Assembly (NCBI GenBank): GCA_046314695.1
Contig: JBKDBI010000254.1
Span: 1 to 44,227, forward strand
Origin: Bacteroidota bacterium
GTDB taxonomy: Bacteria; Bacteroidota; Bacteroidia; NS11-12g; UBA955
DNA: 44,227 nucleotides
Reading direction: 5' to 3'
Shown in pieces: positions 6,949-16,959 of this stretch (within the stretch, counting starts at the first letter, position 1; the number at the start of each line of letters is the position of its first letter). A program made the position numbers and the translations under genes. Below the pieces are notes generated by a model that worked only from the letters and a program-made list of their open reading frames with translations, ran no database searches and was not told where the DNA came from.

Positions 6949-8808
6949 CTAGGGTGTAAATTGAATCCATACGTCGCCGTTTGCTCCGTCTCCAGCAGTG
7001 GGAGCAGAAGTCGATGTAAAAACTGTTATGTTTGACGCTCTATCTAGCGACAAGGCTGTTTTCAGCGTAGCGTTGGGTATAGCCTCTACATTGCCAGTTC
7101 CAGCGGTATTACGTCCCAGCACTGTAGCAGTGGCTACTTGTGCCATGTCAGCAAGCGTTACCGCATTATTGGCAATAGTTAGAACGCCTGTGTTTGAAAG
7201 AGTAGCATCGCCCGACATAGCAACTGCCGTCGCCACGTTAGATCCATTACCCACTAAGATATTTGCAGAAGTAAGAGCTGTTCCGAGTTTCCCTGCCAAA
7301 GCATCAAACACGGCGTTTTGTGAAGGGGCGATTGTTGTAACACCATCTGTAATAGCATCCGCCACTTTAGCGTCTGCATAGGTGTTTGATGTTGTGTTCG
7401 TGGCATTGTCACCAGTGTTCGTACCGCTTGTGTTGCTTAATTTAGTCCGTTCGGCTGATGTTAAGAAAAGATTTGTTGCCCCCTGTGTTATCGAATCAGA
7501 GTTGGTAATTGTGTTTTGCTTTGCATTTAAGGCTGTTTGAGTCGCTGTTGAAATCGGCTTGTTTAAATCGGTGGTATTGTCAACATTGCCTAAGCCTACG
7601 CTTGATTTATCCAAGGTTTGAAAGGTCTTATCGCCTCTATAGTATTGGCTTGTTGTCCCAGCAGTTATGGTATTTTCTTTAGAAGATGCTAAACCCGAAT
7701 AAAGACTATTGACTGCATTATCGCCTGTATTTGTTCCACTTGTGTTGCCCAAAACGGTTTGCTGTGCATCCGTTATAAAACGCTTATTACTTGAATCCGT
7801 AATGTTAGCGGTCGTCGTGGTGTCTACGTTTGCAACATTGCCTAGTCCTACTGCTGTTTTATCTAAGGTAGCAAGACTTAAATCACCTCTAAAATACTGA
7901 CTTATTGTCCCAGTTGTAATTGTATTCTGTTTGGCATTTAATGCCGTTTGTAAATCTGTTTGAGTTGATAAAGTGCCTGTAATAGATCCCCAAGTAGCAG
8001 ACCCACCGATTGTAATGTCACCACTTCCTAGTATACTTTGTGTGTTAATTGTTTTAATGTTTGTTCCACTTACTAACGTGTTCTGTTTAGCATTTAAAGC
8101 GGTCTGTGTAGCTGTACTAACTGGCTTATTGGCATCACTTGTATTGTCAACATTACTTAAACCAACTGAACTTTTATCAAGCGTTTGGAATGTCTTATCG
8201 CCTCTGTAATACTGATTTGTTGTGCCAGCAGTTATGGTATTCTCTTTAGCATTTAAAGCTGTTTGAGTGGCGGTTGAAATAGGTTTGTTTAAATCGCTTG
8301 TGTTGTCTACGTTGCCAAGTCCAACGTCCCCCTTAGCAAGCGTTACAACACCTGTTTTACCTGCCACACTTGAAACGGCGTTACTCGTTAAAAAACCGCT
8401 GTCGTTGGTGAGCTGGCTTGTCAGTGTGGGAATCGTGGGCTTGCCTGTCAAATCGGCATATGCTCCAGTGGTGGCAACTGTAGAAAGCCCTGTAATCGTT
8501 CCCACGGCTTGCGTGCCTGTATGATTCGCCCTTGCAAGCAAATAGGCGTCCGTGTTGTTTGCTGTCGCCCCTGTGGCGATGCCGTCCAACTTCGTTTTAT
8601 GGGCTGGCGTCATCAAGCCTGCGTTCGTACCGTCGGCTAGGGGAATCGTGGCATCCGTGCCAGTGCTTGAAGCCACAATGCCATTCGTTGGTGAAGCCGT
8701 GTAAGTCAAGTTCGTGGCTCCACCACCACCACCACCGCCACCAGTAATTACACCACCAGTAAAAACTTCAATCGTCTTGCGGTCTGCTGAAATCTCTATA
8801 ATCTTCAT
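6949..8808 (-). CDS. tail fibre protein with multiple 'phage tail fibre repeat' units
   Basis: At least five copies of VGL(G/S)NVDNT(S/T)D.NKP(I/V)STATQTALNAKQNT(I/L), alternating with (Q)YYRGDKTFQTLDK. This is the motif type of lambda Stf-like fibre repeats. A Gly8 linker lies near the N-terminus. Confidence 0.8.
   Translation of the reverse strand: MKIIEISADRKTIEVFTGGVITGGGGGGGGATNLTYTASPTNGIVASSTGTDATIPLADGTNAGLMTPAHKTKLDGIATGATANNTDAYLLARANHTGTQAVGTITGLSTVATTGAYADLTGKPTIPTLTSQLTNDSGFLTSNAVSSVAGKTGVVTLAKGDVGLGNVDNTSDLNKPISTATQTALNAKENTITAGTTNQYYRGDKTFQTLDKSSVGLSNVDNTSDANKPVSTATQTALNAKQNTLVSGTNIKTINTQSILGSGDITIGGSATWGSITGTLSTQTDLQTALNAKQNTITTGTISQYFRGDLSLATLDKTAVGLGNVANVDTTTTANITDSSNKRFITDAQQTVLGNTSGTNTGDNAVNSLYSGLASSKENTITAGTTSQYYRGDKTFQTLDKSSVGLGNVDNTTDLNKPISTATQTALNAKQNTITNSDSITQGATNLFLTSAERTKLSNTSGTNTGDNATNTTSNTYADAKVADAITDGVTTIAPSQNAVFDALAGKLGTALTSANILVGNGSNVATAVAMSGDATLSNTGVLTIANNAVTLADMAQVATATVLGRNTAGTGNVEAIPNATLKTALSLDRASNITVFTSTSAPTAGDGANGDVWIQFTP
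8719..8742 (-). repeat. trinucleotide (GGT/GGC) tract encoding Gly8 in the fibre N-terminus
   Basis: The plus strand reads tcc(acc)5gccacc, which is GGTGGCGGTGGTGGTGGTGGTGGA on the coding strand. Confidence 0.9.
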
Positions 8809-9218
8809 CTTGAAACATCCCTTCTAATTAAGACGCTTCCTGCAAATTGCGTGTCAACGACACCACTTGAATAAGTGAGCTGTAAATCAAAAACACCGAT
8901 TTTGTAATAAGTGACCTCTTTGCCGTCTTCTATTTCTGTCACTAATGAAGTTGTACCGCTTGCCATTAAGGTATCAATCGCTCCCCAATCGGCTTGTGGG
9001 ATTGACAACGTAATGATGTTGTCGGCGATTGTGGTGGTGAAGGTGTAAAGGACGCTAGATGCTGAAGATGTGGCTCTCAACTGCATTAACGCCGTCGCTG
9101 TTGATAAATCTTGAAGCTGTCGGGGCTTAACGCTTTCGTCCCATATCTTCACAGTCCGAATCGCCGTGTCGCCACGGTAGAACTTTAAATCATGGCTTGG
9201 GACGTTGATAATAGACAT
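8805..9218 (-). CDS. hypothetical protein (fibre region)
   Basis: ORF track; ATGA-type overlap with the fibre gene. Confidence 0.5.
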   Translation of the reverse strand: MSIINVPSHDLKFYRGDTAIRTVKIWDESVKPRQLQDLSTATALMQLRATSSASSVLYTFTTTIADNIITLSIPQADWGAIDTLMASGTTSLVTEIEDGKEVTYYKIGVFDLQLTYSSGVVDTQFAGSVLIRRDVSR

Positions 9219-9590
9219 TTAAGCCTCCAGTATCGCTAAAACGGCTTGCTTCAAAGCGTCAAGCTGTGGGTCGCCTTGCGTGTCAATGCGATTCACCACA
9301 ACAATAGCAACCCCCACTTGACCAGCGTTTAACGCCGTGGCAATGCCTGCCGATGCTGATAGGAAATCGGCTTGCGTTTCGTCATCAAGCGTCGAAATAA
9401 GGGCTGTAAGTTCACGGAGCTTGTCTTGTGGCGACTTTGGTAAAGTGGGGATTGCCTCACTGTAACCGTCGAGGGAATCCGCTTCAACCAGCGTTTCATT
9501 CTCGCCTAGCTCCCAGTCTGCTTCCACCATGCGAAAGCCTGTGTAGGTGGCGTTTTCTTCATTGAAATTAGTGAATGCGTAAAACGGCAT
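9219..9590 (-). CDS. hypothetical acidic protein (fibre region)
   Basis: ORF track; abuts the downstream gene start. Confidence 0.5.
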   Translation of the reverse strand: MPFYAFTNFNEENATYTGFRMVEADWELGENETLVEADSLDGYSEAIPTLPKSPQDKLRELTALISTLDDETQADFLSASAGIATALNAGQVGVAIVVVNRIDTQGDPQLDALKQAVLAILEA

Positions 9591-9600
9591 AATGTAATCC

Positions 9601-10833
9601 TTATACGTTGATTGTGTAGCCTGTAACGGCTAGGTCAAACCCACTGCTTGTGACTCGTGCATCAATACTTTGACTGCTATTAGTGAGGACAGTTAATTCT
9701 CTTGACAGTACTCCCCCACCTAAATCGTAGATGTATTCGTTTGTAGTCCCTGTTGTTCGGAGAAGACCAGCACCGCCACCTCTTGAATAGGCAAATAACG
9801 TGGCTACTCTTGACGGTGGCGGGACAAAAGAAGCAAGTGAAAACGCAGAATAAGTACCGCTTGAAACTAAACCGATTAAAGTCGGACTGCTAGTTAAACC
9901 TGTTGTAGCCCCATTTAATTGCGTTGAATAACGTGTATGTGAACTGCGTCCCGCCCAAGAAACCATATAAAACGGCAGAATGTTTGCAGAACCGTCGGTT
10001 CTCAACGTCAACGGCAACTGCACGACCTTTTGAACCACTGTGCCGATCGTTAAGGTGCTGGCTCCGTTGGTGGTGGAAGCAACATAACCGCCTGAATAGG
10101 CGTAGACGTAGTACCATGTGTTATTAGCAACCGTTAAGCCGTCAGCAAGTCCGTTGGCTCCGTTGGTGGCAAGGTCAAGGTTACGGCTCGCTGAACTCAA
10201 TAAGATGTTCGCTGTGTTGTCTTGAGTTCTTGCGTTCAAGGCTCCGTTGAAGTTGACTCGCTTGGGTTGAGCTGAATCGTAGGTGGGAACAGGGGCGTTC
10301 AGGTATCCGTTGGGGAGTGCCATTGTGTCTTCACTGCCTATTGTCGCCTTAAGCGTCCATAATGAGCCATTGTTTGCGGTGTTTCTTAAGTAAAGCTTTG
10401 AATCCGTGATGCTTAAAATCAACTGGTCTACAACGCCACTGCCACGATTAACAACCAATACGGAGCCGTTGCCGTAAGTGTTATTTGTCGTGCCTGTCGT
10501 GATTCGATAAAAACCTGTTTGATCGACACTGTTTAAATCGTCACCACTCTTTAAGGGAGCTGTGCCACCTAAACCATGAACCAACACCAACTCGTTAATA
10601 TAAGTGGAAAGGTTTTTATTTAAAGGAAACTGCGTGTACCAAGTGGTGTTTCCTGCGTCCCTCGTTTTAAAAAAGTTCGTGGTGGTATCCGCCCACCCCA
10701 TAAAAGCGTCTAAATCACTAGGAGCTGTACTTCCTGAATTGTTGGTTTGAATCGCAAGCAACGCATTGTTTACGTCCGACGCATAAGCACTTCCTGATTG
10801 TGACGCTGAAACGGTATAATCTGCTTGTGGCAT
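9601..10833 (-). CDS. putative tail fibre / receptor-binding protein
   Basis: Sits directly downstream of the gpJ-like gene. The N-terminus (YASDVNNALLAIQTNNSGSTAPS) resembles conserved fibre N-termini, and the remainder is Ser/Thr/Gly/Asn-rich and beta-like. Confidence 0.55.
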   Translation of the reverse strand: MPQADYTVSASQSGSAYASDVNNALLAIQTNNSGSTAPSDLDAFMGWADTTTNFFKTRDAGNTTWYTQFPLNKNLSTYINELVLVHGLGGTAPLKSGDDLNSVDQTGFYRITTGTTNNTYGNGSVLVVNRGSGVVDQLILSITDSKLYLRNTANNGSLWTLKATIGSEDTMALPNGYLNAPVPTYDSAQPKRVNFNGALNARTQDNTANILLSSASRNLDLATNGANGLADGLTVANNTWYYVYAYSGGYVASTTNGASTLTIGTVVQKVVQLPLTLRTDGSANILPFYMVSWAGRSSHTRYSTQLNGATTGLTSSPTLIGLVSSGTYSAFSLASFVPPPSRVATLFAYSRGGGAGLLRTTGTTNEYIYDLGGGVLSRELTVLTNSSQSIDARVTSSGFDLAVTGYTINV

Positions 10834-10853
10834 TTAAGGCACCTCCTCCTGAA

Positions 10854-13800
10854 TTATAATACTTTTCCATAACCTCGTGCGAGCCAGTCGACTAAGTGAG
10901 TATGACTACCTCCGCCATGATGCACATAGACATCAAAGGATGAACTTGTAACATTGGTAATCTCTAAGTATTCATTGGATGCAAAGTTTAACGGCGTAAC
11001 TTGTATGTTAGGGCGTGCCTTAAACGGTACGCTAAACGTAATGGTACTTGTGCCTGCTGGCAAGTCTACTGCATTAGCAGATTCTAAGCGGTCGGGCATA
11101 TCGCAAGTAACGCTTAAGGTCGTAACCGTAGGGATTTTAGACTGCAAGAATGAACGCATCACAAGGCGGAATCTAAACGCCCTTGCTTCATAATCCCCTG
11201 CATTTAAGGTTGACCACGCTCCAAATGAGACGTTATCGGTGGATGTTGCCACTTGAAGCTCAAGCATCCCCTGCGTGTATTCAATGAAGCCGACATCAAG
11301 AACACTAGACAAAGAAGCGAAATCAACCACATCGGCGATTGTGTCGCTATCCACTGTTGCCATTGTTGGCTCAAGCGATACATTGGGCATGAAAGATACC
11401 CATGAAGAGGTATCTCCCATGACAAAATCAACAGTGCCTGTTAATCGTGAAACATAAACATCGCCCAAGTCGATTGAATTATCAAACTCGTAATAAGCGG
11501 TATCCGTCACTAAGGGGTCGTCAATAACCAAGCCGTCACTAATCACGACGCATCCTGTTTTTGTGCCTGCAAACGTGGGATGCTCGTCTATTGTTTCTAC
11601 GACGTTGATGTTAATATCGGGCGACGTGAACGTCACACGGCTTGCATCAATAGTGCTATAGGCTCCGTAAAAGTCTTTTGCCTTAATGAAATAAGTACCG
11701 TCCTGATAGGGGATTGTCAAAGTCGTGTCTTGAGTGAATATCAAGAAAGGCGTTAAATCCCACGCTGTGCTTGTCTTCCTTGGCGTGTAGCGGATCTCGT
11801 AGCCGTCTAAGTCATTATCCAAAACGGCATCCCATGTAAAAATCAAATCCCCTCCAGCGATTGAGTAGTTGAAGTTCTGCACATTCGCAGGGGCTAGGTT
11901 ATTTTCCGCAAAGTCAATCGTAGCAGTAACGCTTCCCATGGCTCTGTTTTCGCTGGCTGTGGCTTGAATGGCATCCACTCGAATATCTAGGATATTGTCG
12001 GTAATGGCTAAATCGTATACAGAACTGGCTGTTTCACCTGCATAGGTGTAATTCTCGCTAGTGGGAAGCTTCCAATAAACCGCATACCGCGTGATGCGTC
12101 GATCGGGCGATGCCGTCCATGTAAGCAATAAACGCTTCACTCGCACGCCGTCTAAGTTTTCAAAGAAACCCACGCCCTTTAAGTTGCTATGTAGGTAAAC
12201 TTCCTGACCGATTAAGGTTGTCGGTGTTTTGCCTGTGACGATACCTCTTTCGATGCGGTCGTACTTCGTGCGGTCGTATTCAATGGCGGATATTTCGTAT
12301 TGAAATTTCTCTTGGTCGGTTAATTCTCTTTTGCCAATCACATAGAACTCTCGAGGGGCAAGGTTTGACGCATTAACCCCCCAAATGCTATGTAACGCAG
12401 GCGTGTTGTCGTCTAAATCGGGTTCATCCCCCACGCTTACCGTTAAAGGCGTATCAAAGCGGATGTATTCGGTGTTTCCATAAGTCACCACGCCGTCTTC
12501 ATCACACGGCTTGATAACACGTTCCCTAAGTGAGCCGTCACGCATCATAACGTACATCGTATAGGTCTGCAAGGCATCAAAGAAGACGTCGCCGTCTAAA
12601 AGTAAGCCTTCATAACCAGTGGAGCCGATGTCGTCGTAAAAGTATTTAATCCGCCCACTTTGACGCAGGGTTTGAAAACTGGGGTCGTAGATCCCGATAA
12701 CGTCCCCAATGGTAATTTCCGCCCCCTCTAAACCAGTGGTGAACCCCACGGTCTGATATTGATTCTTTTGTGTGTCGAGCAACCATGCCCCATAGCGTCG
12801 GGCTTGTCCTTCAGACGTACACCCAATAGAAGCGACGCTGGCTTGTTGATAACCAAAAAGTTCAATCAAATAAGGGTCTTCAACAGTGACGGTTGCTTGC
12901 TCGTAAAGGTTGCTAGGATCGTTCCACCGTACTTGAGCCACGCTCGACGTAGTGTCAACGGATGCCGTGGCATACTGAAACGTCACACCGTCCGAATTAA
13001 CGACGTTCGCTTGTGAGAATACCGCTACAGGGTCTTTCGGCATATCCGCCGTTAGGATGATGACATCGTTGGCACTGTAAACCATGCCATGAAAGACGGA
13101 TGCCACCTTATTCACGATGTCGTAAAAGCTCTCGTTATTCGCAAACCAGTAATTAAAGGTATACCGTGGCTCCATAGCTTTACGCCCTGCCACAGGAACC
13201 AACTCATCGCAGTATTTAGCCACTTCATAAAAACTGTACTTGTCGATCTGTGACGCACTGATAAAATGACCGCCACCATACCGCTGGTTTGTGAGGATGT
13301 CATAAAGCACCCATACAGGGTTATTCGTCCAGTCCGTTTGAAACGTGCCGTTCCAATAGCCTAGGGGTTCATCATAAAGCCGTGTAATCGGGTCGTAAGT
13401 GATTGGGATTTTAACCTTTACGCCGTCAATCAAATAGCCACGCTTAGGAAGGTTATTGCCAAATAGAGAAGCGTCAATTTTAATGCCTGCAATGGCTCTA
13501 TTCGCATAGGTGAGCTTGGTTTCCACGCCTTCGGCATACGCTGACCAATATAAATCGTTTTGCAAGTAGGGGCTGTTACTGTCTTCTGTTACCCTTGTCA
13601 CCTTTATATCCCACGGACTGCCTCCATTGTCTTTAGGGAGCAATACCAAGTATTCACGCTCATAGGTTGATGCGGTACGTCCTGAAATAACGGTGTCCTT
13701 GTTGACCAGCTCGTAAATCTCTGATACCGTCCAACCACTAGGGGGGGTGATGCGATACTGCCCTTGTGTAAGCCCTATAATTTCATCATCCAATTTGTAC

Positions 13801-14576
13801 CATAAGCCGTATTGTGATTTTGTGGAGATCCCCCGACTTTCCATTTTAAGATTTTGGCTAATGAAATTGACCGTGCCGTTGTAGCCTTGCGTCGGATTAT
13901 AAACCGTGTATCCTGTCGGTTCAATGCTATAATTTTCAGTAACATTTGAGCCACTAGGCATGAGCTTGTAAACCAATGACGGCGTTTCTATATTATCTAA
14001 AAAGTACGCTTGGCTAGGACTGTCAACACGCTTGGTAAGCACCACTCTAAAGCCCCTAGCGGTGCTAGATGTCAACCATTGACCAGCCGTTTGGTTGATG
14101 CGTTGCCACACACGCCCAAACTGCTTATAGCCTGTTTCGCTCTCGTTCACTTCGATTTTAAAGGCGACGCTCTGCCTCAATACATCACCAGTGCTTGTGT
14201 TTTGAAATTGCAAGGCAGGCACGGCGATTTTGATACGCACATAATCGGCATCGGGGTTTGTAATGGTGCGAATCACAGGGGAGGCTTGCAATACCTTAAC
14301 GCCTACACTCACCAAGCTTTCCACACCACCAAAGCCCTGTATTTCGGTTTGGTCTGTTTCGCCCAGCCGTGATTGAAACTCTACCCCCTGAAAGTTGAAG
14401 CTCCCATTCGTATTTTGTAAGGGGGTGTCGTTAAAGTAGACGCTGTTTAAGCCGTTGACCAAGCCTTTTATTTCGCCCTCTGAAATGACTTCAAGGATCC
14501 GTGCGACGTTATTCGCCTGTAAATCAATCGGAGACGATACAGGCGTTCTCGATTGTGGTTTGCTTGACCCACCCAT
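10854..14576 (-). CDS. lambda gpJ-like host-specificity (central tail tip) protein
   Basis: 1240 aa, positioned after the I/K/L/M homologues. NPVWVLYDILTNQRYGGG and the surrounding region are typical of the gpJ family. Confidence 0.9.
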   Translation of the reverse strand: MGGSSKPQSRTPVSSPIDLQANNVARILEVISEGEIKGLVNGLNSVYFNDTPLQNTNGSFNFQGVEFQSRLGETDQTEIQGFGGVESLVSVGVKVLQASPVIRTITNPDADYVRIKIAVPALQFQNTSTGDVLRQSVAFKIEVNESETGYKQFGRVWQRINQTAGQWLTSSTARGFRVVLTKRVDSPSQAYFLDNIETPSLVYKLMPSGSNVTENYSIEPTGYTVYNPTQGYNGTVNFISQNLKMESRGISTKSQYGLWYKLDDEIIGLTQGQYRITPPSGWTVSEIYELVNKDTVISGRTASTYEREYLVLLPKDNGGSPWDIKVTRVTEDSNSPYLQNDLYWSAYAEGVETKLTYANRAIAGIKIDASLFGNNLPKRGYLIDGVKVKIPITYDPITRLYDEPLGYWNGTFQTDWTNNPVWVLYDILTNQRYGGGHFISASQIDKYSFYEVAKYCDELVPVAGRKAMEPRYTFNYWFANNESFYDIVNKVASVFHGMVYSANDVIILTADMPKDPVAVFSQANVVNSDGVTFQYATASVDTTSSVAQVRWNDPSNLYEQATVTVEDPYLIELFGYQQASVASIGCTSEGQARRYGAWLLDTQKNQYQTVGFTTGLEGAEITIGDVIGIYDPSFQTLRQSGRIKYFYDDIGSTGYEGLLLDGDVFFDALQTYTMYVMMRDGSLRERVIKPCDEDGVVTYGNTEYIRFDTPLTVSVGDEPDLDDNTPALHSIWGVNASNLAPREFYVIGKRELTDQEKFQYEISAIEYDRTKYDRIERGIVTGKTPTTLIGQEVYLHSNLKGVGFFENLDGVRVKRLLLTWTASPDRRITRYAVYWKLPTSENYTYAGETASSVYDLAITDNILDIRVDAIQATASENRAMGSVTATIDFAENNLAPANVQNFNYSIAGGDLIFTWDAVLDNDLDGYEIRYTPRKTSTAWDLTPFLIFTQDTTLTIPYQDGTYFIKAKDFYGAYSTIDASRVTFTSPDININVVETIDEHPTFAGTKTGCVVISDGLVIDDPLVTDTAYYEFDNSIDLGDVYVSRLTGTVDFVMGDTSSWVSFMPNVSLEPTMATVDSDTIADVVDFASLSSVLDVGFIEYTQGMLELQVATSTDNVSFGAWSTLNAGDYEARAFRFRLVMRSFLQSKIPTVTTLSVTCDMPDRLESANAVDLPAGTSTITFSVPFKARPNIQVTPLNFASNEYLEITNVTSSSFDVYVHHGGGSHTHLVDWLARGYGKVL

Positions 14577-15196
14577 TACAACACCTCTTCGGTCGTGATT
14601 GACTGGCTAATAACATTCGTTCCCACATAGAAGCGTCCGTAAGCCACAGGCACACCCACGCCTTTACCTAGCCGATTCGTTGCACCAGTAAAAAGGGTAC
14701 TTTGGCGATCTGCTGGATTGTCCCCTTGTTGCAAGTCGCCTACTTTGGGCGTGGGTGTGAATAGCGTCACAATACCCCCTAGAACGGACGTAGCACCCCC
14801 CACAATTAAACCAACGCCGATACTTGCCAATTGAGTACCTGACAAGGTTCCTAAGCCTCCAGTCATAAACGTGAGAGCAATCCCTGCCCCAATTAGTAGC
14901 ACACCTGCAATAATGCCGATAAACTTCTTCCCATAAACGCCTTCCACTGGCACAAGGTGAATCGTATCGACACCATCGGGCAAGCTTACATCAAAGCGTG
15001 AATCTTCTGAAAGCAAACGGCTTCTACCGTCATCCGTTAGACTGAATCGATACCAGCCACGCTTTAACATTTGACGCATCCCTTTAAATGTCCGTAAAAG
15101 AAAGGAAACCACTTGTTGAGCGGTTTCCGCATTTATCCGCAGGGGATTAGGGGAAAAGGTCTTTAATTTTCCGTGAAGCACAACCGATACAAGCAT
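14576..15196 (-). CDS. lambda gpI-like tail assembly protein
   Basis: N-terminus VVLHGKLKTF...LRINAETAQQVVSFL plus a Gly-rich hydrophobic C-terminal half, as in Lambda_tail_I proteins. Synteny supports the call. Confidence 0.8.
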   Translation of the reverse strand: MLVSVVLHGKLKTFSPNPLRINAETAQQVVSFLLRTFKGMRQMLKRGWYRFSLTDDGRSRLLSEDSRFDVSLPDGVDTIHLVPVEGVYGKKFIGIIAGVLLIGAGIALTFMTGGLGTLSGTQLASIGVGLIVGGATSVLGGIVTLFTPTPKVGDLQQGDNPADRQSTLFTGATNRLGKGVGVPVAYGRFYVGTNVISQSITTEEVL

Positions 15197-15210
15197 TTGA
15201 CGCCCTCCCC

Positions 15211-15918
15211 TTACATTGTAACCTTTAAAAGCATGTGCAGGCGTTCCATGCTGGCATGGACTGGTGTTAAGCGACTCACCCCATTCATAGGGTGATGAAG
15301 CATTACGCTGTTGCCCACATAGACGCCTGCGTGTTCCCCATGACGACCTAAGCGAATGACAATCAAGTCGCCAATCTCTAAAGGGCTGTCCAGTGCTTTA
15401 ACCTCGCAAAGCCCTTGGTGATTAAGTGTATAATAGTAGCCATTTTTATCGTAAAAATCTCTAGGAATAATGGGGAACTCATAGCCTTTATTCAATTTAT
15501 ACCAATCATTGATAATAGAGAAACAATCGCCTTTTCCGTCGCTTCCATAATCGCCCCATCGATACGACCGCCCTAGCAAGCTTTCCTCTGTAGGCTGAAT
15601 AGACGAATGCCAAAACGTCGGCTTCACCACGTCGCTATGACTGCAAAAGTTCATTATCCCTTGGGGTTTATTACTTGAGGCGAACATCTGCATATCAAGC
15701 ATGGATGGCACTAAAGGCTCATGTGACGGTATCGGGTGCGTGTGCAAGTAAGCCTCTGCCCCTTCAATCATAGAGCCGTCTACAAACTCCTCATTGCCTA
15801 CTTTGACCAAGTGCCACACGTCGCCGATTTTAGCGAATAAATGCTCGTTCTTTAAATCATCGGCGGATCGTGCCATAAGTTGCATGGTGACGTGTTGACG
15901 GTCTGCATCGGTGAACAT
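15211..15918 (-). CDS. lambda gpK-like tail tip assembly protein (MPN/JAMM + NlpC/P60)
   Basis: JAMM motif AYLHTHPIPS. NlpC/P60-like region GDCFSIINDWY ... GDLIVI..GRHGEHAGVYVG..VMLHH. Synteny supports the call. Confidence 0.85.
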   Translation of the reverse strand: MFTDADRQHVTMQLMARSADDLKNEHLFAKIGDVWHLVKVGNEEFVDGSMIEGAEAYLHTHPIPSHEPLVPSMLDMQMFASSNKPQGIMNFCSHSDVVKPTFWHSSIQPTEESLLGRSYRWGDYGSDGKGDCFSIINDWYKLNKGYEFPIIPRDFYDKNGYYYTLNHQGLCEVKALDSPLEIGDLIVIRLGRHGEHAGVYVGNSVMLHHPMNGVSRLTPVHASMERLHMLLKVTM

Positions 15919-15920
15919 GG

Positions 15921-16610
15921 TTATGCCTCACTAAAATTGGGGAACCCATTAAAGGGAACTGCCGTTTTAAAACGTGCCTCACAACCGCCCACGGTCTTAC
16001 TGCAACGGTCTAGGGCTTGTGTGGTGACTTCGTTAAACTCATCAAAGTATTGTGTGCCAGTGTAGGGGCAAGGGTTGACATCGGCGATGACAAAGCTGGA
16101 TGTATCCGCATCCCAACGGCGGTAGATGTGGTTGCAATAGTTCACCATTTGGTTTTTGGGGAACTGCTGACGGTTTGCCAGCTCCATTGCGGTTATTAGC
16201 TCGAACTCAATAGCGACACTTGTTTGGCTTGTGATTTGGTTGATGTAAAACGTGTCATAGTTCACGAACTCGTCCGTAATTGTAGGGGTGATGTCGTCAA
16301 GTTCATTCCGTCGCACACGGATTCTTGTAAACTTACAATTCTGTAAGCCCCTGTACTCGTTGATGCCACCTACTAGCAACGCCTGCAAGTTTGAAACAAC
16401 AAAGGTCGGACGTGGAGCTTTTCCGCTTTCAATCTCAAAGCCTTGGGCATCAATTGGGAACGCCGTGTAAGTATTGCCATTGAACACAATGTTTGTGCGG
16501 TTTTCAAGGCATGAAGGGCTTAGGTAAATAATGCCACCGCCATAAATCGCTGTGTCAATTTGAAATAACGTTACGATTGAACCAAAACTAGGGAGTTGAG
16601 CATCAAGCAA
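15921..16610 (-). CDS. lambda gpL-like minor tail protein (start uncertain: TTG 16610 or ATG 16643)
   Basis: LFQID...IVFNGNTYTAFPIDAQGFEIESGKAPRPTFVVSN matches the gpL family. GGGAGGTG lies 8 nt before the TTG at 16610, which gives 229 aa (lambda L is 232 aa). Confidence 0.8.
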   Translation of the reverse strand: MLDAQLPSFGSIVTLFQIDTAIYGGGIIYLSPSCLENRTNIVFNGNTYTAFPIDAQGFEIESGKAPRPTFVVSNLQALLVGGINEYRGLQNCKFTRIRVRRNELDDITPTITDEFVNYDTFYINQITSQTSVAIEFELITAMELANRQQFPKNQMVNYCNHIYRRWDADTSSFVIADVNPCPYTGTQYFDEFNEVTTQALDRCSKTVGGCEARFKTAVPFNGFPNFSEA

Positions 16611-16959
16611 GATCAAACACCTCCCTAAGCTTAAAGGTGACATTCCACAAGTTCGCATCCATGCCTGTAACCTGTATCGGGTCTTGACACACCCATAAAC
16701 GAGCAGACGCTTCGCTAGGGAGCGTGTAGTAAAAGGATTCAACCCCACCGTATCCGTTTAAGTCGTCGACAAGATCGTTCTTTTCTGTCGCCGTCAATAC
16801 GGCACACGTCAACGTCACGTTTAGAATCTTAAAGTTGATGCCGTCTGCTACCCTTTGCTCGTAGCCGTCGCCAAACTTGGCGGTTTGCACACGGTACGCT
16901 GTTTCTTCGGTGTAGCCACTTTGGCTAGGGGTTACTGGTAAGGTGAGGGTTGAAGGCAT
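16603..16959 (-). CDS. lambda gpM-like minor tail protein
   Basis: AKFGDGYEQRVADGIN ... GGVESFYYTLP is the Phage_min_tail signature; synteny supports the call. Confidence 0.85.
   Translation of the reverse strand: MPSTLTLPVTPSQSGYTEETAYRVQTAKFGDGYEQRVADGINFKILNVTLTCAVLTATEKNDLVDDLNGYGGVESFYYTLPSEASARLWVCQDPIQVTGMDANLWNVTFKLREVFDLA

Noticed and set aside
7300-8300. Three RGD tripeptides in the fibre protein might be integrin-binding motifs.
   Set aside because: Each is part of the conserved repeat core (Y(Y/F)RGD(K/L)), so they recur because the repeat recurs. There is no basis for eukaryotic adhesion.
6998-8747. Several plus-strand ORFs of 63-127 aa antisense to the fibre gene. Similar antisense ORFs occur at 10954-11457, 14010-14372, 17411-18619, 19368-19682, 23429-23863, 24257-24613, 29243-29931 and 41725-42183.
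   Set aside because: They lie entirely within long, motif-supported genes on the opposite strand, lack SD sequences, and have skewed low-complexity compositions typical of antisense frames.
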